A stretch of DNA of 63,323 nucleotides, the filler included, from Olpidium bornovanus S191 (taxonomy: Eukaryota > Fungi > Olpidiomycota): assembly GCA_017911155.1 (NCBI GenBank). It is 30 parts of 30 records of this genome, joined end to end, with 100 filler letters (N's around TTAATTAATTAA, not from the genome) between each part and the next. Parts side by side here need not be neighbours in the genome. Positions count along the whole stretch, not along the records: positions 47,201 to 48,425 come from JAEFCI010004615.1; positions 48,526 to 49,928 come from JAEFCI010002989.1; positions 50,029 to 51,068 come from JAEFCI010001039.1; positions 51,169 to 52,226 come from JAEFCI010008835.1; positions 52,327 to 54,303 come from JAEFCI010002721.1; positions 54,404 to 56,522 come from JAEFCI010012657.1; positions 56,623 to 57,832 come from JAEFCI010001962.1; positions 57,933 to 60,308 come from JAEFCI010012516.1; 22 more parts are not named here. One strand, given 5' to 3'. The notes under the pieces are model-generated. The model saw only the letters and a list, made by a program, of their open reading frames with translations. It searched no databases and was not told the origin of the DNA. Shown here piece by piece: positions 47,238 through 58,423 of the stretch; position 1 is the stretch's first letter, and every line of letters begins with the position of its first letter. A program made the translations under genes and the position numbers.

Positions 47238-48338
47238 AGAGGAGCCAGAACCCGCGCAAAAATCGACCAATTTTTCCACTTCTATTTCTATAACCGATGC
47301 CCACCCATAAAAGAAAAAACGTGACGACACCCAACCCGCAGCAAACACCTATTCCGCAACGCGCAAATGCTGTCCGCAACACAACGAGAATACAGGAAAG
47401 CTGTCGCGACGAGACGCTTCTGGTGATGAGCCGCCCGATAAACGCCGCCTTGTTCATGGCGGAGAGAGTCTTCCCGCCTTCCTGACGGCCGGCTTCGCGT
47501 CGGTGGCATTTTTTGCGTTGCCCATGCAGAACGCCAACTTTTTCCTTCTTCTTTGCGTGGTAGATATTACAGCACAGCGACCGGAAGTAGGGACTCAAAA
47601 CTTGCCAAGGTTCATGTTCCCGCGGTATTCCGCTGAGCCACTGGCTCCTTCGAAAACCTCCGGTGTCCCAACCCCAGCCTTCGCCACTTCTGGCGTAGAC
47701 GACGACCCATCGGCGTTAAACCCACTGCCGAACCACGAATGATCCCAAACGTGGCGTTGGTTACGGTACGACTCGTCTAACCAGGAAAATAAATGCGTCG
47801 GCACCGCAAGTCAGACGAGTGAGTTAACGGAGGACTCGAGCCCCCTCCATATCTGTTCAAACGAACGTACAACTTCGGGTCCGACCGTTGGCTCAAGCAG
47901 ACTTGGCGCTTTCGTTGTATGCCCTCTATCTCCAAAAAAAACTCTGTGTTTTGGCCGCTTTCTGGTCCAATCTGCAGCATCGTCTTCCGGATTGTCTCCT
48001 TGCCAATGCCCGCTTCCCAGCCAAGATCTCCCACGCGTTTCTGGTGCCGAGCCGAAGTGTCTGGAGCAGCCCGAGCGTTAAAAGTCAGCTGCAAAGCGGC
48101 GCAGCTCGGAGACGTACAAGCGGCCTTCGTTGAACGGGCTTTTGGCATCTGCGCTCGCAAAAACGAAAAGCCGCCCGCTGGCTCGTAACCTCCTGAGCAG
48201 ACGTACACAAGCGGTCTGCGGAACAGGATTTTGCATCTTTTCTCGGCACAGGGAGGCGCACATGGGTGGGCGGGTGTTATCTTTATCTACGCCGCTCAAA
48301 TAACCGCTGGACAGGACTCGTTTCTCCCTCTGCCGTAC

Positions 48339-48397
<59 letters not shown>

Positions 48398-48622
48398 CCC
48401 CCCCCCCCCCCCCCCCCCGCACCCCNNNNNNNNNNNNNNNNNNNNNNNNNNNNNNNNNNNNNNNNNNNNTTAATTAATTAANNNNNNNNNNNNNNNNNNN
48501 NNNNNNNNNNNNNNNNNNNNNNNNNCCCGGGGGGGGGGGGGGGGGGGGTAGGGGGCGCCGGCAGTCCGCGCTTCCGCCCCATCACGCCTGCGCCGCGGGG
48601 GGCGGCGCCGGGCTTTTCTCAC

Positions 48623-48973
48623 CAGGTCGTTCAGGTGCACGTGCCAGAACAGCAGCGCGAGACCGGCGTCACCCGTGTACACGCCGGGTTTCCTGCGGGA
48701 CGCCCGCCCGCCGGCCTCGCCGCCGCCGCCGCCGCCGCGCCGCGCCACGCGGGCGAGGAGGAGGGCGCGGGGCGGCTGCTCCTCGAGCACGCGCTCGGCG
48801 TCGCGGCGCAGCGCGCCCGCGAGGAGGCGGGCCACTCCGGGGTCCCCGAATCCGGGCCCCGCAACCCCCGCAACCCCCGCGGCGCGCCCGCCGCCGCGCT
48901 CCTCGCTCCGGCGGTTTTCGGCTGCGGCGGCAGTGGTCCCGCTCGGCCCTGCGGCGGCGACCGGCGCGGTCAT
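48623..48973 (-). CDS. LanC-like (LANCL) protein, first exon
   Basis: ATG at 48973; GVYTGDAGLALLFWHV matches the LanCL N-terminal YTG.AG.ALL motif; donor GTGAGA at 48622. Confidence 0.6.
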
Positions 48974-50066
48974 GGTCCGAAATGGTTTTGTTTTTCCTTT
49001 TTTTTTTTTTCCTGTTTCGGGCGTGGTGAAGGTTGTCGGGCGGGATGCGAGGTTCCCGGCTTGTATTAAATCGTCTCATCACCAAAACGGCATCACGCCC
49101 CAGCCCCTTTCCCCACACCCGGCGTTCACACGCGCGCAGCGCCTCCTCGGTTCCCCGCGCGGAACCCACGTGTATTATCGGCCGGGCTGCGGGACACCCC
49201 GGCCCCGTCGTTCATTCGCGTTTGGTGCAGCATTTGCAGCCGTCAATTGGATTCGCGGAGGAGCATCTTCAGAACGCGGATTGTTTCCAGGCGCTCTGCA
49301 CCCCGCCGACCGCAGAAATTCCGCCGGCTTGGGGATCGGAGCGCCCTGCTTCTGCTAGACAACGCCGGGCCGCGCGCCGTCGACAAGCGCACGAGGGACC
49401 GGCTTTAACCCCGTGTTCAAGGCAAAGCTTGGTTTGCCTGCAAACTTAAAAATCGTCCTCGCGCGAAGGCCGAGATCGAGTCGGCAAACTGGTTCCACAC
49501 GGAACGCAGAAGCGGTCGCGGGTGATCCCGCGGCAACTTTTGCCGACACGCCGTGATCGGCGCCCGAGCGGTGGCATGGTGGACGGGAAGCTCTTGTCGC
49601 TAGTTCCTGGGAAGATCCTCGTGCGCGGTAAGGAGTTCTACTCGCCCCGCCCAAAAAAAGAAAAGAGAAGAGGAAAAAAAAAAATGAGAACATATGACCG
49701 AGGGCCGACGAGGGGCAATGATGGAAGAGCGCGGATGCCGTGTAGAACAAGCGAACTGGAAAGCTACAAGGAACAGTGCGTTTTGAGAATATACGCGGAG
49801 GCGTGGTGTATGTTGGAAACACTGGCCCCTCTCGCACGCTGGAGAGAGTGGAGAAGGGTGTTAACAGTACCACTTATGCCAGGTAAAGGTAGGATTCGAC
49901 AAACGAAGTTCAGGAAATTTGCATGGCGNNNNNNNNNNNNNNNNNNNNNNNNNNNNNNNNNNNNNNNNNNNNTTAATTAATTAANNNNNNNNNNNNNNNN
50001 NNNNNNNNNNNNNNNNNNNNNNNNNNNNCACGGGCGGCGGGGGGGGGGGGGGGGTGTGGCGGGGGG

Positions 50067-50118
<52 letters not shown>

Positions 50119-51025
50119 CGTTCGTTTTCAGTTGCCGCCACTCCCCCTCCTCCTCCCGCGCGGGACGAAGGCGACGGAAGGCGCTCAAAGCGCGGAGGGC
50201 CCCGGCGGGACGGGGTTCGAGGCAGGGCGGGCCTCCCTCCTCCTCCCCTGCACGCAGGAATGGGAATACTCCCCCCCCTGCCTCCTCCCCTGCTCCTCCC
50301 CTCCGACCGGGGCGGCCGCGGTTCCAGACGTTTCTGACGTCCTTTTTGCCAAAAATCGTCCCAAAATTCGAGCCGCTTACAACCTATCGACTACCAAAAT
50401 CAAGAAACTGGACAAAAAAACGGATACCTTTTTTTACGGGAGCGCGTTTTTTTTTTAAAAAAAAAGAAAGTCGCCGTTCCCGAGAAAACGCCCGAACTGT
50501 AATGCCAGGTGAATCTGAACCCTACACGAATGACACCCACAAACAAAAAAAGGATACCCGCATCCTCCTGCAATCAGACGCACCGCCGGCACGACGGCGG
50601 GTCGGCCCCCCCTCAGGCCGTGACCTTTGCGTGTCGCAATAGTGCCGTCATCTGCATCCTTAACGATATGCCACCCCCCACCCTCCTTCCCTCCCGCTGG
50701 CGCCCCGGCCGCTCGACGTGCGTTTCTTTGGGAGCACCCGGAGCTAGGCGCGGTCAAGCGGGATGCCACCCTCCGACCGGAATAAAATAAGGGCGTACAG
50801 TCCAGCTGCAGGCGAGCACGTGTTCCGGCTGGGGACGACGCGTGTTTCGCAGTTTCCCACCCGGCCCTGCAAATCGCACGGTGTTTCGAATCGCGCGGCC
50901 GTGTCCTTTCCCTTTCTCCCTCCCTCTGCCGGCGGATCTCCCGGTGGGGCAAACCCGTAGGCAAGTGCCGACTCCGGCCGTCGACGTTTTTTACCTCCGT
51001 TTCCTGCGCTGATCTCTTCCTCTCC

Positions 51026-51068
<43 letters not shown>

Positions 51069-51273
51069 NNNNNNNNNNNNNNNNNNNNNNNNNNNNNNNN
51101 NNNNNNNNNNNNTTAATTAATTAANNNNNNNNNNNNNNNNNNNNNNNNNNNNNNNNNNNNNNNNNNNNATCATGGGTAGCCTAGAAATGTTTACGCGAAG
51201 TACTTTGTCAACCTTTGACAGTCCGGCAGTTACCCTCAAGCAATGCGCTCAGCACGCTCAGGCTTCCACGGAC

Positions 51274-51970
51274 CTTATCACTTCCAGTCCGAGACGCGAG
51301 CTCACTTCCCGATAATGATTCCAGGGCGCGCCCAAATACGACAACTCAGCATCGTTCAGGCAACTGGAGCGGAGCAGCACGCAAGTGGAAAGAAGGGCAC
51401 GAAGCGGTCGAAGGCACGTGAACGGCCATTTCAGTCGGCGCAGAGCACTTCGGCGTTTGCGCAAACCGACAAGGAGTTCTCCAGTAAGGAGCAAAGTTCG
51501 AACTCCCGCGGAGCAAAAACGAAGTTCAGACTTTAGGACAACCCGGGCGGGCGGTCAGGCCAGCGAACGGACGGCGGCCGATCAAACACAAAAAAACGGA
51601 TGATTTACCCGAGAGCAGTAAATTGCGGAGGACCCACCATACGACGGTGGTGATTCCGAAACCAGCAATCCTCCTTAGGTCGCTTTCCAAGTCCCTGTTA
51701 ATCCTCGCTCTGCCGCGCGACGGCCCGTCCAGGCGGACCTTCTTGCCGGGGCAGCTGCTCAGCACGAGGTTTCCGTGCGGAGGCTGAGCCGGAAGCGTCC
51801 CTGGCGGCGCGGAGGGTATGCATATCGACTGCCGCAGGGCGGTGGGCCATTCTTCTCCCGCCACGGGCGTCTGGTACAGGTCGAGGAGATCAATGCCGCC
51901 TCTGCTCGACGCCACGTGGTGATAAGTGTGGTGGTCGTCCAAAAACGATTCCGGCACAATGAAGCTGACG
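51274..51970 (-). CDS. CDKN3-like dual-specificity phosphatase (fungal family), internal exons
   Basis: GNLVLSSCPGKKVRLDGPSRGRARINRDLESDLRRIAGFGITTVV|CCLNDAELSYLGAPWNHY...GLEVIR|; exons 51970-51638 and 51363-51274. The catalytic CX5R lies outside the contig. Confidence 0.8.
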
Positions 51971-52326
51971 CTGCAGGAGCAAGAGGCGGGATTGCCGAAG
52001 CAAATCGGATCGGCCGAGAGATCGGAGGAAGTTTGGGCAGGGGCATCGCGGAGGGCAGGCCCGAGTGAGACAGGTTTGGTTGCCCGGAGAGGCGGCGCCG
52101 TCGTTAGTATCAAGCGCCGCCCCCCGTCTCGGCCGCGTGGCACGCGAGTCAGGCCACCCCGCCACCGCAGCGTCTCGACGATCGGCGCCCCCCCCCCCCC
52201 CCCCCCCCCCTCTCCCCCCGCCCCGCNNNNNNNNNNNNNNNNNNNNNNNNNNNNNNNNNNNNNNNNNNNNTTAATTAATTAANNNNNNNNNNNNNNNNNN
52301 NNNNNNNNNNNNNNNNNNNNNNNNNN

Positions 52327-53431
52327 CGGGCACGAATCGCACCGCGGAAACCGCGGCAGGCAGTGGACTTGACCGAACCCGACCAACAGCGGGTTGATTT
52401 CGCGCCAGCGGGAGGGCGGCAGCCAGGCTTCCAGTTGCTGGCATGACGCGGGCGGGAGAGGCAAGAGGGGGGGTGGGGAATGGGAGGCGGGGGGGGGGGA
52501 AGGGGGGGGGGGTCCCGGTTAATTGCCGGCCAAAAAGTTAGACCTACAAAAGTTTTGGGCGCCCGCACAAAGTCGGCAAGAGAGAGACGTTCGATTTTCC
52601 GATCAGAGTTTTCTTCCCTCGTACCCTCCGCGTTTCTTCTGGTTCTTTACTGTCCACCCATCCGAGCCGGTTGCATATCCGGTGGACGTGCGTGTCTGTT
52701 CCGGAGGGACGACGCGTCCAGTTTTTTGCTACGACCCCGCGCGCCTGCCCCATCGGCACACAAAACCAAAGCAGAAAACATACCGACTCCGACGCCTTCG
52801 TTGATCCCCCAAGCGCATTGGAGGGCGAGGTAAGCCTGAGCGCGGGAGCGGTGGTCTCGTTGAGATGCAAGTGCAATTTTCAACGTCAGAGAGACGCGCC
52901 AAACACCCGCCCGTACCATTTTCGGGCCCACCCCGGCAAGCGCGGTCAGACCGTCGAGCGTGCCAGGAATGTCGCCGTTATGAGATTGCAGGCAGGTAGC
53001 CGCCGCTTTCTTTAAATATCTGGACGCCGTTTGAAGACATGCGTGCGGCGGATCAGTACCGCGCGGCGTTGCCGAACAGCCTGTTTTCGATCGCAGCCAC
53101 GTGAGGTTAACGCGCAGATCTGCAACGGCGCCGGGCTGTGCGACCCCGAGGATTACCGACGTTGTCTTCCGGTTATGAAAGCCGACTTTCCCAATACAGC
53201 GGTCGAGGTCCCCCGCGTCCATGTCGTGGACGAACTGCGCGTCGAACGGCCTGCCGCGTTGCTGCGCGGCGGCCCTTAGGCGCGACACGGCCTCGCTCGT
53301 TACCGCGTCCTTGGTCTGGCTGGAGAGCATCAACGCCACGAGGGTCTGCCACCGAAAGACCTGGGTTGAGATTTCGCCGGCAGCGAGTGTGACGCACGGG
53401 GCGATCAGCGGCGTTTGGGGGCGGTGGGGTG

Positions 53432-53506
<75 letters not shown>

Positions 53507-54111
53507 GGGGGGGGGGGGGGGGGGGGGCGCGGCGTCGCGCAGAGCGAACGCGACAGGCAACCGGCGACGTCGAGGGCGCGGCAAACAGGCCGACCTCGCG
53601 GCGATGCGGTCCGGACTGCGGTAGAAGGGACGCCGGGCAAGCCGCTCCTCTTGAAAGACAGAACCAGCGTCGCCGCGCATACTTTCGGTTCCGCGCAGAG
53701 GTCGCCGAGCCGCTCGCATCCCATGACGTCGACCGGCGCGGAGTTGGCCGGGTCGCCCCGGAAGTCCTTGATCTTCCGGTACACTTCCTCCCAGTTTTCC
53801 GGCGGTTTGGCCTCCGGCGCCCCCGCCCCCGCCCTCCTCCGCTTTGCCGGCGTCGGGGCCGGTCCGGAAGGGCCGGCACCGGCGGCGCAGCAGCCGTCCG
53901 TGGAGTTTGGCGAGACCGACGCCTTCGCTCGCTCGCATATTTCTCCAGCGGGGCCCGCGGTGTGGCGAAAAGAGGTGCTACTCTGGGCGAAGGCGGTGGT
54001 CGCGCTGCGGCGCGGGGGAGCGCAGTGACGCCCGTCGCCAGCAGGTAAAGCGCTCTTGATTTCCAGCGCCGCGGCTCTTCTTGCCGCCGTTTGGCGCAGG
54101 GCCGGCGGCAT
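52327..54111 (-). CDS. NTHL1: Endonuclease III (Nth1/Ntg-type DNA glycosylase/AP lyase), 3' truncated
   Basis: [11 protein letters not shown]...|[18 protein letters not shown]...KVGFHNRK|...GDIP..L..L..L.GVGPKM|AYL...|[16 protein letters not shown]|...[28 protein letters not shown] (start of the 4Fe-4S motif). Confidence 0.96.
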
Positions 54112-54197
54112 GGCGTTCGCTCGACCTCGCGCACGGAGTCTTTCCGTGTTGCCTTGGAAGCGGCGGGGGGCGCGCGGCGCGGCCAAGAGAAAAGCGC

Positions 54198-54239
<42 letters not shown>

Positions 54240-54403
54240 GGCCCCCCCGCGCCCCAATTTGGCGCTTTTTTTTTGTTTTTTTTTTTTTTTTTTTTGGTTC
54301 GCCNNNNNNNNNNNNNNNNNNNNNNNNNNNNNNNNNNNNNNNNNNNNTTAATTAATTAANNNNNNNNNNNNNNNNNNNNNNNNNNNNNNNNNNNNNNNNN
54401 NNN

Positions 54404-56315
54404 GCCGGCTTCGCCGGTGCCGGACGAGGAGGACGCCGAATATGTCATCACGTTTTTCAGGTCCAGCAGGCGCACCGGAAACGACAGCGCCTCGCGTTCT
54501 CCGGCATCCTCCGGATCCCTCATGGCGAAAACAAAGACGAAAGGGTTCTGCGACGATTTCTGCCTAGCGGACGATGGGGTCGCCGCCCGGTCCCCGGCTG
54601 GCTGTTGCGGCGCCGCGGAGGCCGCCGGCCCTTTGTCCTTGTCCTTTCCTCCCGCCGCCGAGACGCCTCCGGCGGCGGTCGGCAAGCGCGACCCGGGCGC
54701 TCCCGCCCCGCCGACCGCGCCGCCGGCGGAGCTTTGGAGCGACGCCGCATGCTGGGGGGTTTTATACGACTTCAGGTTCTGCTGGGCCAAGAAGTTCCAG
54801 AGCGCCGTTTTCGAACTGTTCTGCGAGCCGACAAATTCCGGCAACCAGCCTTTGAGGGTGTTCATCGCGTCAAAGTCGCCGTATTCACAGCCGTCGATGT
54901 CTTTGTAGCTGAACACGCGAAACGATTTGTTGGGCGCGTTTCGTTCGGAAGGTTAGTTTCCACTCCCGAAACAGCGATAGAAAGACTGAACGCGCCTCAC
55001 CTAAACGCTGGAATCTGGCATACCTCAAGGAAGCCACCTTGATAATCGCCTTGCTGAGAAGCAACGGCCATATTTCGTTTTTAACCGGGCTGGATATCAA
55101 CAGCGGCTGGTTGTCGGCGTCGAGCGGTATTCGATCGTCGACGGTGATCTTACGCCATGCACCGAGCCAGTAGAGCCTGACCATGTACTTCCCCGCAGTG
55201 TTGTACATCGGCGTGCCGTCTTTTCCCTTCGGATAGATGTGGTCCCATGGGGCGAGGTCGTCCGGGCCGGCGGATCCTGCGCCGTACGTTTTGACGTGCT
55301 TCGACTGCTCGAAAAAAAAACTGTACATGGACATCAAATGCCTCATGAGCTCGCTGCCAAAAAGGTGGCGGTTCGCCGCGAAGAACCTGCTCATGCCCGT
55401 CGGGTAGGAATCCTGGTCTTCCGCGTCGTCAGACCCCAGGCCACCGCCGCCACCGCCGGCGCCAACCGAGCCCTCGCCGCTGGTTCCGCCGCCGCCGCCG
55501 CCGCCGCCGCCGCCTTGAGGTTCCACGCCGCCCTGGCCGTGCTGCGCCGCGTCGTCGAGTGACGCCAGAGCGGGAAACGCGGCCGGCGGGGAGAGCCCGA
55601 CGACCCCTTTGTCCGTTTCGGCGCCGCCGCTCGGAGCCAAGGCCGCCATGGGCGGTCCCGGCTCGGCCCCGCCCTGAGCATCGCTCTCAGCGGTCCCGCC
55701 CGACGCGGTGGACGCGCCCTGGCCCGCGCGTCCGGGCACGGCGCTGGAGGCCCGTGTTACCGGCGGGGCGGGTCCGCCGGCGGCGGCATTCGGAACAAGG
55801 CTCGACGTGCCCTGCGGGCACCCCGAAGGGGTGAGGAGTCCCTGGGCCTGCTGCTGCTGCTGCGCCTGCTGCTGCTGCTGCTGGCTCTGCGCGAGCTGGT
55901 TCAGGCTGACGTGGAACGCCTCCTCCACCTGCGCGTACGGCGCAACGAGCACGGGGGGGGCCTGCACCTGGCCCGGGCCCGTGCCCGAGGTCATCAGGTC
56001 CGGGAGGAACTCGATCGGCCGCTTGTACGCCTCGACAAGCGGCCTCAGCGATCGCGGGAGCAGCACGGGGCCCTCGGTGTCCTCGAAGACGTGCTTCGTC
56101 GTCCACTTTTCGCTGGCCACCTCCTGCTCGGACCACTCGGGCCAGATCACGACGTTCTGCTCCGCGCCCTCGGGCAGCTCCAGGGTGGGGTGCCCTTGGC
56201 CGGCGGCGCCTCCGGCGCCAGGCGCGGCGCCGGTGTTGCCGGAGCTCGTGCGCTTCGGCGGCTTGCCGGACTTGGCCGCGAGCCTGTCCTTGCTGCTTGA
56301 CCCGGCCTTCCTCAT
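54404..56315 (-). CDS. ADGB: Androglobin N-terminal calpain-like region, 3' truncated
   Basis: IWPEWSEQEVASEKW...FEDTEG...LPRSL...YKRP; HLFGSELMR; PWDHIYP...YNTAGKYMVRLYWLGAWRKITVDDRIP...EIWPLLLSKAIIKVA|...GDF..MNTLKGWLPE. Exon 1 is 56315-55024; exon 2 starts at 54908. Confidence 0.88.
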
Positions 56316-56415
56316 GATTTCGGCTCCTTCCGGACGGGGAGGAGGAAGGGGGCGTGCGGGGGAAGTGCGGGGTGTTCGTCAAGGAACGGGAGTGGAACAT
56401 CTAAACGAGGCGGGG

Positions 56416-56507
<92 letters not shown>

Positions 56508-57130
56508 ACAACACCCCCCCCCNNNNNNNNNNNNNNNNNNNNNNNNNNNNNNNNNNNNNNNNNNNNTTAATTAATTAANNNNNNNNNNNNNNNNNNNNNN
56601 NNNNNNNNNNNNNNNNNNNNNNCATGGTCGAGAAACGCCACCGGAAACACACGAGTGCCCTTCAGGCCAGGTTCGAGGAGGAGAAAGCGGCCGCCGAATC
56701 TGAGCGCGACGCAGCACTGCAAAAGGCGGCTGACTCTGCTGTCGAGCTGAATCAGATTCGCAAGGTGCTCGTGGCCGCCCGGAGCGGAACTTCACCAGAA
56801 CTCGCTCCCTGATTGAAAGAACTCACGATCGAGGCATAGGCGGCGAGGGCACAGGCCGAAGCAGCAAAGGCGGTGAGGGACTAGCCGGAAGCGGCAGGGG
56901 CGGCGAGGGACTAGCCGGAACGGCAGGGGCGGCGATTTAGGAAGGGGGAAGCGGTGCGCCGGGCGCTAGAGCCCTTGTCGCGGAACTCGACGTGCGCTTG
57001 AACAAACCAGCTGGCGAAGCGACCGCGCAGTCCGGGGACGGAGGAACCCCCGCAGGAGGCTGAGGGCGGCCGCGCGACGACTGAGGAGTCGCAAACCGCG
57101 CTGCTTCGGTCGACGAGGATTTTGAAAAAG

Positions 57131-57832
57131 GCGTTGGAAGCCGTGCGTGAAGCAGAACGAAGTCGAGAGGCAGCTGGAACTCGGTACCTATCCGGGCATG
57201 AAAAAACGGCCTGAGATAGCCGAGGGCGCCGCAAGAGGGCGTTGGCGGAGAAACTCAAGTGTGTCTTGCGAAAAGGAAGTGGCCAGACGTTACCGTTGCC
57301 AGCGGCCAGCGGAAGGGCCAGCGTTCGGCGCCGGTATCGGAGGCCGATCTTGCGCTAGGTCAGGTGTTTCGTGGACCGTAAGTCGTTGTGGGACAGTCCG
57401 CAAGCGGCGCTGCGACCGGCAGCAGATTCTGCGCTGTTGAAAGCGTGAAGCAGAACGAAATCGCGAAGCCGCGGGAACTCGGTACTTCGCCGGGCATGAC
57501 AAAAAGAGTTGAGATTGGTCGAGGGCGTCGCAAGAGGGCGTTGGAAGCCGTGCACGATTGCAGAACGAAGTCACGAGGCCGCGGGAACTCGGTACCTCGC
57601 CGGGCATGTCAAAGAGGGCTGAGGTTGGCGAAGGCGTCGCAAGAGGGCGTTAAAAGCCGTGCGTGAAGCAGAGCGAAGTCGCCAGGCCGCGGAACTCGGT
57701 ACCTTGCCGGGCATGAAAAAGAGGGCTGAGATTGCAGGGCGTCCCAAAGGGGCGTTGGAAGCCGTGCGTGAAAGCAGGACGAAGTCGCGGGGCCGCGGGA
57801 ACTCGGCACCTCGCCGGGCAGGACAAAGAGGG
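57131..57832. repeat. Degenerate 107-110-bp tandem repeat (4 tandem copies plus one displaced copy)
   Basis: GGAACTCGG(T/C)AC...CCGGGCATGA/GGA...GAG...GAGGGCGT.GCAAGAGGGCGTT..AAGCCGTGC recurs with GGAACTC at about 57176, 57474, 57584, 57691 and 57798. Confidence 0.9.
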
Positions 57833-57932
57833 NNNNNNNNNNNNNNNNNNNNNNNNNNNNNNNNNNNNNNNNNNNNTTAATTAATTAANNNNNNNNNNNN
57901 NNNNNNNNNNNNNNNNNNNNNNNNNNNNNNNN

Positions 57933-58060
<128 letters not shown>

Positions 58061-58423
58061 ACTGTCAGACGAAACTACCCCTTCCCCCCCGCCGGCGACG
58101 TTTCCCGCCGGACCGGCTTTCCCCCCAGAAAAAGAAATAAAAATTTTCAGTGAGAGCCAAAGGTGGGGAAGGGCTGGGGGAGGAGTACGCTTCGATCCAT
58201 CTAGATCCTGACCCAGGCGAAAACCACCCGTGAAGTCGAACACAAAAAAACTGGCGGAATCGCCCTTCTCCCGCAGCGCGCGGCCGACCTAGAGAAGGGA
58301 AAAACCGTTCTGGAGGTTTCTTGTTCCGTTCCTGCGGCGCGAGCTTAAAAGCGCGGGCTTTAATAACAAAAGAAAAGAAAAGACGAAAGAAAACAGCCGC
58401 CCTTCTCCCCACGACTGGCACAA

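Noticed and set aside
47777-48208. PARP-type zinc finger (AKS / C..C-like residues)
   Set aside because: The AKS and the Cys residues fall in different frames and no W.H..C follows; the contig is left unassigned.
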